Positions 10,422 through 21,603 of a DNA stretch of 31,396 bases are shown piece by piece. Below the pieces are notes generated by a model, which saw only the letters and a list, made by a program, of their open reading frames with translations, ran no database searches and was not told the DNA's origin. Numbering within the stretch: position 1 is the stretch's first letter; each line of letters opens with the position of its first letter. The translations under genes and the position numbers were made by a program. Source of the DNA: Octopus sinensis (taxonomy: Eukaryota); assembly GCF_006345805.1 (NCBI RefSeq), contig NW_021832473.1, positions 1-31,396 of the forward strand, read 5' to 3'.

Positions 10422-11626
10422 TTGGGTCATCCAATAAATAATGATTTTTTTCTACTTCTTTTACTTTTCAAAATTAAGATAAACAAAGTTCTTTTTTAAT
10501 CTAAAGTAAACTCTCCTTCATTTTCTACAATGCTCTTCCATCTAAAGGCTCTCTTCCAAAATTCACTTGTCCATGATGGAAAATACTCCTCCAGTACTGT
10601 TCTGACCCCATGTACAAAATTCATATTTTTTTCCATCCAAATTAATTTGAAGACTACGGAATAAATGGTAATCAGATGGGGCAATGGCCGGGGAATATGG
10701 TGGGTGGGGCATCATTCCCCATTCAAACTGCTCCAGCATTTGGAATGTCATCCATGCAGTATGTTGTTGAGCAATATTCTAACGGGAGAACACCTTTCAT
10801 CTGGAAACCAAAGATGGTCGTTTTTCTTCTAGTGCTGACTTAAGCTGCTTGCAGTAGATCTCCTTTGTTATTGTTTGGCTTGGGTTTAAAAGTTCAAAGT
10901 GGACTAAACTTTTCATATTCCATCAAACAGATAACAATACCTTACATGGGCGAAAACCTTCTTTGGCCTGGTGTGCAGGTGTTTCTCTTTTCCCTCTGCA
11001 CTGTCTTCGATGCCTGACGTTTTTATAGAGAACCCATTTCTCATCAACAGTCACTATTCAGTCCAAAAAAAGGTTCATTCATGAGACATGGCAGCAAAGA
11101 AGAGCACACATTCACTCTGTGTATGCGATTAGATTCAGAAAGTTTGTGAGGAACCGACTGACTCAAATTGCTGACTTTTCTGATGGCATGCAGGTATCAA
11201 TGAATGGTTAAATTACCAAATCCAAGCTTCCCTGCTAGTTCCTCAACTGTTAAGATGGGATTTTCCAGGATGGGCTCATCTTGTGGGCTGTAATTTCTGG
11301 TTCAAATTTCTGGAACCACCGCTGACACTGGCTTATGCTTATAGTCCGATCCCCATATACTCCATTAATATTCCTCCCACTTTCCATTGTGCAGTTGCTT
11401 TAATTGAACTCATTAAGCAAAATATGCTGAATGTGCCCCTTTGTCATGTCCATTATAGTTTTGAAAAAAATTGAATTGCACTCTTCACAATTTGCACTAA
11501 GAATAAGTACAAGGTAAAATTACTACCTGCTTTAATAGCAAGTTGGTGCGGGTAGTTTATCCCGTCCCCCTCCGACTTTTAGCTCATGCAATTGAAAGAA
11601 ACCGCATTATTTATGGGACAAACCAA
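10422..11626 (-). mobile_element. Full-length but decayed mariner (D,D34D) transposon
   Basis: Imperfect TIRs TTGGGTCATCCAATAAATAATG (10422) and TTGGTTTGTCCCATAAATAATG (reverse of the 11626 end). The minus-strand transposase from ATG 11453 to stop 10496 reads MDMTKGHIQHILLNEFN*..QCQRWFQKF, SVPHKLSESNR, IVTVDEKWVLY, HPPYSPAIAPSDYHLFRSL and WKSIVENEGEF, with multiple stops and frameshifts. Confidence 0.92.
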
Positions 11627-11647
11627 TCTGTACATATGCATATATGT

Positions 11648-11699
<52 letters not shown>

Positions 11700-11776
11700 A
11701 AATGTTGTATATACAGATAGACATAGATATATAGGTATACATACATATACATATTTATATATATATATATATACAC

Positions 11777-11857
<81 letters not shown>

Positions 11858-11964
11858 ATATGTATAACGGGAAGGTTTACGAAAATAAACAAAAGACAAA
11901 AGCAGGTGGAGTACAAACAAACAAATGTATTAGTATGATGCTCAGGAATAGAAATAGAACAAGT

Positions 11965-12000
11965 CTTTTACGTTTTGAGCCTACGCTCTTCGACAGAAAG
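11965..12000 (-). ncRNA. Minimal hammerhead-like motif, non-canonical core (CUGUCGA, G12 to A)
   Basis: Minus strand CTTT CTGTCGA A GAGC GTAG GCTC AAAA CG T A AAAG: perfect 4-bp stems I and II, ACGU palindrome. Confidence 0.45.
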
Positions 12001-12236
12001 ATACACAGAAAAGAAACAAGGAGAGAAATAAATGCGTGTAGGAGCTAACGGTCTATATATATATACATACATACATGTATATATACATATATATATATAT
12101 TTATATACATATACATATATATTTACATACATACATACACATACATAGTTGAAATTTTTAGAAAAACAAAAGATGAAGACAGGTGTATGAACAACAAGTA
12201 AGTGTATTAGTTTGACACTCAGGGAAATGAAAAAGT

Positions 12237-12272
12237 CTTTTACGTTTTGAGCCTGCGCTCTTCAACAGAAAG
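12237..12272 (-). ncRNA. Second copy of the same hammerhead-like motif (CUGUUGA, G12 to A)
   Basis: Minus strand CTTT CTGTTGA A GAGC GCAG GCTC AAAA CG T A AAAG. Confidence 0.45.
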
Positions 12273-12303
12273 GAACAGATAGATAGATAGATAGATAGAT
12301 AGA

Positions 12304-12337
<34 letters not shown>

Positions 12338-12464
12338 CATACATATATACATACATATATATATATATATACACACATACATATTTAACATTAAGTGCTT
12401 TATTGATATCTTTCTGGGTTTATTAATCCCTTTTGCTGTGTGTGTGTGTGTATGTGTATGTGCA

Positions 12465-12660
12465 GGTAGGGCTGTGGGAGTAAGAGGTTTGCTTCTCAGC
12501 CACATAGTTGCAGGTTCAATCTGAATGTGAGGCACCTAGAGCCAACATGTTCTACTCTCACTTTTGGCTGATGATTGCATATTCAGTGAATTTAGGAGAT
12601 GGAAACTGTATGACACCTTACAAGTGTGCCCGTGTGTGTCGGTGTGTGTGTGCGTGTGTA
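12465..12660 (+). mobile_element. SINE family A, strongly degraded
   Basis: GGCTGTGGGAGTAAG...TTGCTTCTCAGCCACATAGTTGCAGGTTCAATC...GTGAATTTAGGAGATGGAAACTG. Confidence 0.5.
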
Positions 12661-13519
12661 TTTACATGTATTTGTGAAAATATTTACACCCCCCCTCCGT
12701 GTTCCACATGAGCAACAAACCATGAAGTTTGTTATTAAGCCCCCTACAGCATGACAATCGCCAGCACAGTGTACATCTGAGGATGTATGGAGGAATAAAG
12801 GGTAATCTTTACCTTGAAAAACAGGTTAGGGTAAGTGACTGAAAGGGCATCCCTCAATAAAATACATTTGTCCAACCCATGACAGTATGGAAAAAAGAAA
12901 AGTAGGTGTAAGAATGAATTGGGAAAAAAATAAACATAGCAACACACGCACACACACACAATTAAGTAATCAACATTGTGTGTATTTAAATAAATACATA
13001 AACACATATTAGTAAATGAAAATTATGAATGTAATAATTACGTTATGGTTTAATCTAGAGTTCATTGACTTTTTCATTTAAAGTTATTACATTTTTCATA
13101 AAATATCAATTAATAATTGTTTGCTGAGTGATTTACTTCATAACAAGTACATGTTTTGGGTTAACGAGACTCATCATGAAACGGAATCAACAGAACCAAA
13201 ATTAATGGAATTATATTGTACTTGTGATCTCCTGGGACAAAAGTTCTTAACCTGGGCGTAATGCCCCCTTCCTGGGGCACTGTAAGTTCAAAAGAGAGCG
13301 CTCTGGAGTGGGGCCTTGACTGGCATTTGGGTACTATAAGAAAATATTAATAATTAACCAGTAATTAACGACTGAGGAAAATTAAAATGTGAGTGATTAG
13401 ATAATCAACTGTTTTTAGTTAGATTTTATTTTAAATTTTTTGAAAGGTGTTGGCAAACTGTGTGGGTGAGAAAACTGCTTCTCAACTACAGAGTTTTGGG
13501 TTCAATCATGTTGTATGGG

Positions 13520-13990
13520 ACCTAGGAGTGGAAATGGGACATAGATTGCGTAAGATGCCCAAAATATGTACGATTGCATGTGGGTTGTTATGACCTTATA
13601 TTTCCCACTCATTGTAATCAATGACATCCTGATAATTGAATTTTCTTGCAATCCCCCACAAAAACATGTCAGGTCTTCTTGACATGTCTTAGCATGTCGC
13701 ATGATCTTCGTAAACAAAAAGCTCATTCAGCTGGTGTCATCAGGTCCTACCACTTGTTGCCAAGAAGGATCGGTGGAAAGAAGAGAGTCTGGTTGTAGAA
13801 ACTTTGTCCCAATGTACGTGCCTCTGATCCATGCAAATACGGAAACATAGACATTGAAATGATAAGGGTAATGGCGATGAGGAGGAAAGGCGAGGCACTT
13901 GTGCAATGTCATAAACTAAAAATGGGTTACTGGGGCATAGAAAAAGGCTGGGAAGCATAGCTCTTGGAGACACATACAGGGACCAGCTGA
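13520..13990 (-). mobile_element. Degraded RTE-type LINE fragment (post-RT C-terminal region)
   Basis: Minus frames give LHGSEARTL, RLSSFHRSFL and YFGHLTQ, echoing the RTE motifs LYGSETWTL / LxxFHxxCLR / FxGHxxR, with frameshifts. Confidence 0.4.
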
Positions 13991-14299
13991 TTGCAAGGAG
14001 TTTTAAATCTCAAAAAAGAATTTGAAAACCCAGATATTAGGGATTATAAGAAATAAAAATAAATATAAGTTTTTTGTTTCCAAAATTACTAAAATTTCTT
14101 CTGCAATGCAGCAAAAGACAGCAGATTAAATTCTTCATAATAGAATTGAGAATCCAAAGATTAGCAGAATAACTGTTTTCAGAAATGTCTTTGTCAGCAG
14201 TTATTCCAACCACCAATGACATTACATATAATATTATAATACCACACACACAGTGTGTGTATGTGTGTGTATTTATTTATATATATATAAATATATGTA

Positions 14300-14680
14300 T
14301 ATCTTTTGAACATTTTCCAATGGAAGTTGGATGTAGAGGGTTCGTTGGACACAGTGTGAGATGACTGTTGTTATCATTACGCCTAACTCAATACCACCAT
14401 GACCGATATCCAATCTACAGTGGAGAAGGCTAGCCACTGGATTTGGTTAAAAAGAGACGATGAGCGATGGCTAGAAGAATATTGAGCTTTATTTTATAAC
14501 CATCTGATCTAGCAAGCGGGGCCTCATATCAGTGAGTGGGGGCCGGTGAGCATTGATGCCGTCATGCGGTAGGCCCTGAAATGGCGCACATTCTCTCCTG
14601 ATGACCCCATACACTTGCTAGCTTCCGGTATGCAGAGTTTTTGACTGGTAGCACTTGCATGTGCAAGCTGTTTGCAAGAC
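14300..14680 (+). mobile_element. Possible degraded RTE-type LINE 3' fragment
   Basis: KRDDERW followed (frameshift) by ARRILS resembles the RTE motif RxDxRWxxxIL. The signal is weak. Confidence 0.3.
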
Positions 14681-15049
14681 ATATATATATATATATATAT
14701 CCACATACATGTAGATATATATATCATGATAATGATTATATATATTTATACCTGCATGCTAGAGAAGACAGTTAAATTCCAAACAACTATTAGAGGTAAA
14801 ATTTCGAATGGAAAGAAAAATAAAAACGTTTACCATCTAACTCCTGGACCAATGGTTTCAGAGTTTTTTTTAGCAAATAAAATAATTTGCTAGGTGAAGC
14901 CTTCTTCAGCAGGTGCACATTAGATTAAATATATATACATGAGGCAATCCAGAATATGCCCCGTGCTTATGCATTCTAATTTTTCAAGTTTACCGCACAA
15001 GTGCAGCTCCGTGTCAGCAGTAAATAAATATGCCACCTTTTTCATTTCG

Positions 15050-15164
15050 AAAATTATATATATGTATGGTAACCTTTGACATTATTTATTACTATAAAGA
15101 TATATACAAATATATATGCATGTATGTATGTATGTATGTATGTATGTGTGTATGTATGTATGTA

Positions 15165-15211
<47 letters not shown>

Positions 15212-15462
15212 TATATGTATGTATGTGTGTGTATGTATATATATATATATATATAGTATATATGTATGTATGTATATATATATATGTATGTATATATGTA
15301 TGTATATATATATATGTATATAAGTATGTATGTATATATATATATATATATAAATGTATGTATGTATGTATATATATACATATGTATATATATACACATA
15401 CATATGCACACACATATAAATACTCACACATATATATTAGTACTAATATACATATACATATG

Positions 15463-15497
<35 letters not shown>

Positions 15498-15520
15498 TCA
15501 CATACACACATTCATTTAAA
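15050..15520. repeat. Compound (TA)n/(TATG)n microsatellite
   Basis: Direct reading; source of the Y/I/M/H ORFs. Confidence 0.9.
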
Positions 15521-16109
15521 TTACACGTTTATCAGTGACTCCCTTAGCCTGTCGACTACTCACAGCATAATTAATATAGGTGAACAACTGTCAACTAATT
15601 AACAGAAGTCACATTTTATGCCAGACTCTAATTGCAAAACAAAAGCCACTGCAGGTCGCAACCTCCTCTAAGCTCCCTGTCACAGCGGGGGGGGGGGTGC
15701 ACCACCCACCTCCCCTACCCCACCCCACTCCCAGTCCTTGCTCCGGGTGGGGTGAGAACTGAAAACAGTTTGACATAATAAAAAAAAAACTCGAAAATTA
15801 ACACCTGACAAACAGGCAAGTATATCTGATGGGGCAAAGCAAGAGCAATGACGATGAGGATGATGATGATGATGAGGGTTGTGGTGGTGGTGGTGGTGGT
15901 GGTGGTTAGTGGTGGTGATGTTCAATACATAATCAGTTATGAGACAAAGGATGTATCATGAGATATTTTCTTTTCAAGTTAGTAAAGTGTTTGTCCCATT
16001 ACTCGACAAAGCTGCTCGGCAAGGAGGGAGGAGATATTCAGAAGGGAAAAAAAATCACCAATTTCTCTCACAATCCACCCAAAACTCACCCATCCACACA
16101 CCCCAAACA

Positions 16110-16154
16110 CACACACACACGTATATATATATACCACACATATATTTGTATGTG

Positions 16155-16190
<36 letters not shown>

Positions 16191-16565
16191 TGCATCCACA
16201 TATGAGTATATGTTTATATATATATATGTGTGTGTATTTATATACATATATATATATATATTATATATATGTGTGTGTGTGTGTGTGTGTTTATATATAT
16301 ATATACATATACATATATATATACACATACATATATACATACATATATATAAACACACATATATACATACATATATATATATATACATACATATATACAT
16401 ACATATATATATATATACATACATATATACATACATATATATATATATACATACATATATACATACATATATATATATATACATACATATATACATACAT
16501 ATATATATACACACATATGTATACATAGATATATATATATATACATACAGATATATATACATACA

Positions 16566-16599
<34 letters not shown>

Positions 16600-16909
16600 C
16601 ATACATATATAATATATATATAATATTCATATATATATATATATATATTCATATATATATATATATATATTCATATATATATATTATATATATTCATATA
16701 TATATATATATTCATATATATATATATATATATATTCATATATATATATATATATATATATATTCATATATATATATATATATATATATCCATATATATA
16801 TATATATATATATATCCATATATATATATATATATATATATATAGATATATATATTATATATATCTATATATAATATATATATATATTATATATTATATA
16901 TATTATATA

Positions 16910-16962
<53 letters not shown>

Positions 16963-17100
16963 CACATATATATACATACACATATATATACATACACATA
17001 TATATACATACACATATATATACATACACATATATATAGATATGTGTAAGTGATATATATATATATATATATTATAATATATATATATATCACTTACACA
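16110..17100. repeat. Compound (TA)n/(TACA)n tract including a TATTCA(TA)n minisatellite at ~16620-16830
   Basis: Direct reading. Confidence 0.9.
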
Positions 17101-17273
17101 TACACACATGAATACAGTGTCCTGGAATGTAACCTAATGGTTTGCTTCGACTGAAATATAAAGCCATTTTATTACTTTATGGAAGACACAGTTTCTGAAA
17201 TTGAAAAGTAGGTTTTATATTTTATGGGAGACAGAAAATGAGGGAAAGAGAGAAGAGAGACAGACAGACAGAC

Positions 17274-17316
<43 letters not shown>

Positions 17317-17574
17317 AGAGAGAATGGCCTTATTGACTGTCCAGTGAATGTATTAAAGATAATGTTGAAAGATCTTGCATTGAAATCTCTTCACAACCGT
17401 TATTAATACTATTGTTGTTGTTGTTGCATACGGCGTTGGTAAGGTTTGTTCAACTAAGCTAATACTACAGTGGTTACTAATAAAGTGATTATGTGCAAAC
17501 ATTACATTCCACGCACATTCGCACAATGTACAAAAGGTCTGGGATGTAAAATGTAATGTGCAGATCTAACATGT

Positions 17575-17760
17575 GTCTAGTGTCCAGTTGCGGTCATGTG
17601 GTAACAAGCTGGCTTCCTGACCATGTGATCTTGTCTTGTATTTGGTCCCATGGTACACCATCTGGGGCAAAAATATCTTGCCCTATAGCCCGAGAGTGAT
17701 CACAGCCTTATGATTGGATTTGGTAGGTGGAAACTGAAAGAAGGACATTGTGTATGTGTA
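17575..17760 (+). mobile_element. SINE family A, degraded 5' half
   Basis: GGTCATGTGGTAACAAGCTGGCTTCC...CTATAGCCC...GGATTTGGTAGGTGGAAACTGAAAGAAG. Confidence 0.55.
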
Positions 17761-17997
17761 TATGTATATATATATATATATATATATACTAATAAAAAGG
17801 GTTCAGCAAAGAATTGCCTCACCACACACCGAAGTTCAGAAATAGCAGCCAAAAATCTTAGCCATTTCTTCTACTTTAAAAAGGGTCTTCCAGAGAAACC
17901 AAAATACTCGAAGGTTATTCACACATACTTGAAGGTTATTTATTGATTACTTCTTAATTTATTGATTATTTCTTAATTAATTAAGTTTACCCTTTGT

Positions 17998-18037
<40 letters not shown>

Positions 18038-18041
<4 letters not shown>

Positions 18042-18334
18042 GAGATGTACTTGCATAGCAAGTGATTTGATCTGAGATCGTGTGCTGAAACGAAAACAAT
18101 TGCAGCGTGGAAGGTGTTTGTAAGCCATTTAAGGTACACACAAAAGCTGTTCGATTCACTTCAACATTTAAGTTTAATTTGTCAAAATATTTTCGTCGCT
18201 TTAAGACCGCGACCTGTTCACTGACAAAAATCCATGCAGCAAGGATTTTTGTCAGTGAACAGGTCGCGGTCTGAAAGCGACGAAAATATTTTGACAAATT
18301 AAACTTAAATGTTGAAGTGAATCGAATGGCTTTT
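18038..18334 (-). mobile_element. Penelope-like pseudo-LTR fragment (18233 to 18038) with inverted partial copy (18243-18334)
   Basis: 18142-18233 and 18243-18334 are reverse complements (3 mismatches, 9-nt spacer). A hammerhead motif is present in each arm, and (TA)n flanks both sides. Confidence 0.65.
18248..18298 (+). ncRNA. Type I hammerhead motif with G3-C8 covariant core (mirror copy on the minus strand at 18178-18228)
   Basis: TTTGTCA GTGAACA G GTCGC ggtctgaaa GCGAC GAAA ATAT T T TGACAAA: 7-bp stem I, 5-bp stem II closed by G-C, GAAA, palindromic AATATT stem III. Confidence 0.55.
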
Positions 18335-18374
18335 ATATATATAAAATTTAGAGTAAAGATCATTTGCCAACATA

Positions 18375-18452
18375 ACATGGCAGTCCTGGTTTAGACTGAA
18401 CCCAGAACCTTGTGGTTGGGAAGCAAGCTTCTTACCACACAGCCATGCCTGT
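18375..18452 (-). mobile_element. SINE family A head only; a 3' half of family A follows on + at ~18490-18720
   Basis: Minus strand GGCATGGCTGTGTGGTAAGAAGCTTGCTTCCCAACCACAAGGTTCTGGGTTCAGTC. Confidence 0.6.
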
Positions 18453-18998
18453 GGTTCTCTCGAAATGTTATAAAATTCTTACATCAAACAATATGTGTGT
18501 GTGTGTGTGTGTGTATCTATGTTTGTTCCCCACCACCAACTTGATATCTGGTGCCAGTTGGATTATGTCCCCTTAACTTAGTGGTTCACCAAATAGAGAC
18601 CAAAAGACTAAGTACCAGCTTTATAAATAAATACTAGGGTCAGCTCGTTTGACTAAACCCTTCAGGGCAGTGCCCCAGCTAGGCCACAGTCTCAAGACCG
18701 AAATGAGTAAAAGATTAACGATAGATGAATGATGTGTAAAGTGTATTATACAGGTGCAAGATATGTGAAATGTGTGCTGTAAGAGGTAAAGTGTGATGTG
18801 CAGATGTAATATTTATGAAATGTGTGCAAGGAAGTTATGAAAAATGTAATGTACAGATGTACCTGACATACTTGCAACATGGTAAAATTAGATATGAAAT
18901 GTAGGCGTGAATATGGATAGAATAGATATAGATATACATGTGTAAATGTGCATACAGCACTAACTGTGCATTTGCAGATATATATATATATATATATA

Positions 18999-19395
18999 GG
19001 CGTAGGAGTGACTGTGTGGTAAGTAGCTTGCTTACAAACCACATGGTTCCGGGTTCAGTCCCAATGCGTGGCACCTTGGGTAAGTGTCTTCTGCTATAGC
19101 CTCGGGCCGACCAAAGCCTTGTGAGTGGATTTGGTAGACGGAAACTGAAAGAAGCCTGTCGTATATATGTATATGTATATATGTGTTTGTGTTCCTGTGT
19201 TTGTCCCCCCAACATCGCTTGACAACCGATGCTGGTGTCTTTGCGTCCTCATAACTTAGCGGTTCGGCCAAAGAGACTGATAGAATAAGTACTAGGCTTT
19301 CAAAGAATAAGCTCTGGGGTTGATTTGTTCGACTAAAAGGTGGTGCTCCAGCATGGCCACAGTCAAAATGACTGAAATGAGCAAAAAAAAAAAAA
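18999..19395 (+). mobile_element. tRNA-derived SINE family A, near full length
   Basis: A-box-like TGACTGTGTGG and B-box-like GGTTCAGTCCC, internal (TA/TG)n, 3' block TAAGTACTAGGC...GACTAAAAGGTGGTGCTCCAGCATGGCCACAGTC. Highly similar to 28124 and 30673. Confidence 0.85.
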
Positions 19396-20176
19396 GTGTG
19401 GGAATATTAGTATGGATATGATGTCAGTTTATGAACATGGCTGTATATCATAGCCATGCTCGTAAATGTGGATATGAGATATCTTGGATATGATAAATTT
19501 AAATATGACATTTTGGGTTACGTTGAATATCGCTATGATAAATGTTAATATGACGTATGTAGATATAATAATGCGTTATGATGGTTGTGGGTATAATATG
19601 GATGGCTATGATGAAAGTCCATAGACAGGTTTGGTTTATGATAGTTTGATAGGCATCAGAAAGAACCAGTAAGTAGTTACTTGATTTGCCAGAAATGGCA
19701 GCCAATAGTCTCGCAAATCACTTGTTGGTGTCTTTAAAAAGTAAAGGACAGATCACATTAGACATTGTAGTCCATGATATTTATTCCTTAGAACAAAATG
19801 TGGTGGTCATGACAGGAAAGTTTTTTGGCCAAATGTCTGATCAGCTGAGACAAAACGGGGCCTAAACAACAGCAGCAGCAGCAGCAACCTGTAGCCTTTA
19901 ACCAAATATTTCACAAAAATGATAGAAACAATGACTAAATCTAGTTATTTTTTTAAAGTTCAGTTTCTTTCCTGTTTCTGGTTTATATTAAATATCCATA
20001 CATACAATCCAAGCAGAGACAGCTCAAGGAACATCAGTAAAATCCTAGATAGGCTCATCTTCATCGGAGCCCTCTTCACCGCTTTCAGTGTAATCAGACA
20101 TGTGCCTCCAGAATCAGCCTTTTCAGCCACGAGAGGGCCTGCCAACGCCATCAAGACAACCCCTAAGGACCAAAGA

Positions 20177-20184
20177 TGACGTCA
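20177..20184. promoter_or_regulatory. Full CRE palindrome TGACGTCA within the 12-bp palindrome GATGACGTCATC
   Basis: Motif match only; there is no functional evidence. Confidence 0.2.
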
Positions 20185-20210
20185 TCATCTGTCTAGAGGT
20201 TCTGCCTTAA

Positions 20211-20386
20211 CCCCTTACCCGGCAGAAACGAATATATGTGTTTTGACCTAAATCGTTTTTTTCTATCTCTGGCGAGTTAACTCGTCAAAAGATAGACTTG
20301 CCAAAATCGACAATTAAAAAATAAAACAAATAAAAAATATGTCTGAAAAAATACATTTATTTTCAAAATAATTGTTGGGTAAGGGG
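20211..20386. mobile_element. piggyBac-type MITE (176 bp)
   Basis: TTAA (20207-20210) | CCCCTTACCC ... GGGTAAGGGG | TTAA (20387-20390): perfect 10-bp TIRs starting with CCC, TTAA target duplication, non-coding AT-rich interior. Confidence 0.8.
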
Positions 20387-21429
20387 TTAAGCAACATATA
20401 ATCCAATTAAGAAGCCAACAAAAAAAAAAAAAAAAGAAGTAGAGCTTATCCCACCTTTAATGACCAGTCACAATTGTTTCTGCACCAACTCTGTTTTTAA
20501 CACCAATTCACACCAAAGTTCTGTGCAAAAATTTACATAATATTTGCCTTTTAAAACATTAGAGTGGCACTTCATCGAACCTGCATTGAAGGTGTGCATT
20601 TGCATTACGCATCTGCTAAGCATTGCATTTTACATGCATCCATATATATATATCTACCTGTTTTAAATTATCACCTGACATATCCTCACACATTCGCCAT
20701 ATCTCATCATATCATTCCTCATTGTCATGTTCAAATTCATTTAGATCCATATTATTCATCTTATCCACCCAGGTCATATTAATACATCAACACGTCCTAT
20801 TGCACGATCGGTTATTGATGAACATTAATCAGTTATACTTGATTAATCAGTTATACTTGATTACAGAACACATCAAGACTGATAAGAAGCATTTTATTGG
20901 AATTTTCACTTTGGTCAGCTTCTTTAATTATTGCAATGGAACAGAATACAAATGTTAAGTTTAGGACTTGGAACACATGGTCCCAGGTTAATATACCTGA
21001 GAGTTTATTGAGGATTAGAGCTAGCTACTACTATTAAATACATTGAAAAGAGATGCTATCAGATTCACTTACACACTTATCAATGTGGCTTTTTGCCAGG
21101 AGAAGCAGTCCTTAGGTGATGTTCAAATTTCTTTGGAGGTTTTTAACCCTAAACTACTCTATCTTCTCCAGTTGGAAGATCTGCAGTGATGGCCATTACT
21201 GCTCACCTTCTCCTGACTTCCAGATGAACTCCTACTTGTTCCAGAGTGAGTAAGGGACTCTTTCCATTGCTTCCACCAATGAGCAAGCAACTGTCTTCCT
21301 CTTCCTTTCTGACACTCCCAGTTCTCTCAGACTCTTCCACAGCAACTGGAACTAGAAACCTTCTGCAGTTAACCTTAACTGGAAATCGCCAGAACCATCA
21401 AACTTTCTCTCAACCGGATCTTAGTAGTT

Positions 21430-21603
21430 GTCATTCATTTCCTGTCTTCAGTGAGAAATATGTCTGCCATGCGGAAATATTACCTTGCTCGGAAACAATG
21501 TGAGGGTTGGTGATGGGAAAGGCATCCAGTTGTAAGAAAGTTGCCTTGACACTTTCTGCCTAACCCATGGAAGCATGTAGAAGATGTGGATATTAAGAAA
21601 AAG
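21430..21603 (+). mobile_element. Retroposon 3' tail, tail-to-tail with the adjacent RTE fragment
   Basis: GAGGGTTGGTGATGGGAAAGGCATCCAGTTGT...AACCCATGGAAGCATG, similar to 8900-9065 and 860-1158. Confidence 0.45.

Larger units (their letters stand above)
11860..12280 (-). mobile_element. Two short Penelope-like fragments (11860-12050, 12140-12280), each with a hammerhead-like motif, in TA-rich microsatellite
   Basis: The two segments are mutually similar (TGTATTAGT..GA..CTCAGG.AA, GTCTTTTACGTTTTGAGCCT.CGCTCTTC.ACAGAAAG). Confidence 0.55.

Noticed and set aside
14595-14640. CTGATGA matching the hammerhead core
   Set aside because: No stem II followed by GAAA and no stem I or III pairing.
17362-17438. 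ATG plus hydrophobic stretch plus TG|GTAAGG donor resembling an alternative signal-peptide exon
   Set aside because: The ATG frame stops at TAA before the hydrophobic part. It needs an assumed 1-nt indel, and the hydrophobicity comes from a (GTT)n microsatellite.
18999-19075. tRNA-like heads of the SINEs as tRNA genes
   Set aside because: A/B boxes are present but there is no complete cloverleaf, and each continues into a SINE body.
19990-20200. Minus-strand acidic peptide MSDYTESGEEGSDEDEPI* resembling a piggyBac transposase N-terminus beside the MITE
   Set aside because: Short, low-complexity, interrupted by stops, and outside the TTAA-bounded element.
20824-20861. 18-bp direct duplication ATTAATCAGTTATACTTG (similar ~20-bp duplication near 17937-17975)
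   Set aside because: Simple local slippage duplications with no further structure.
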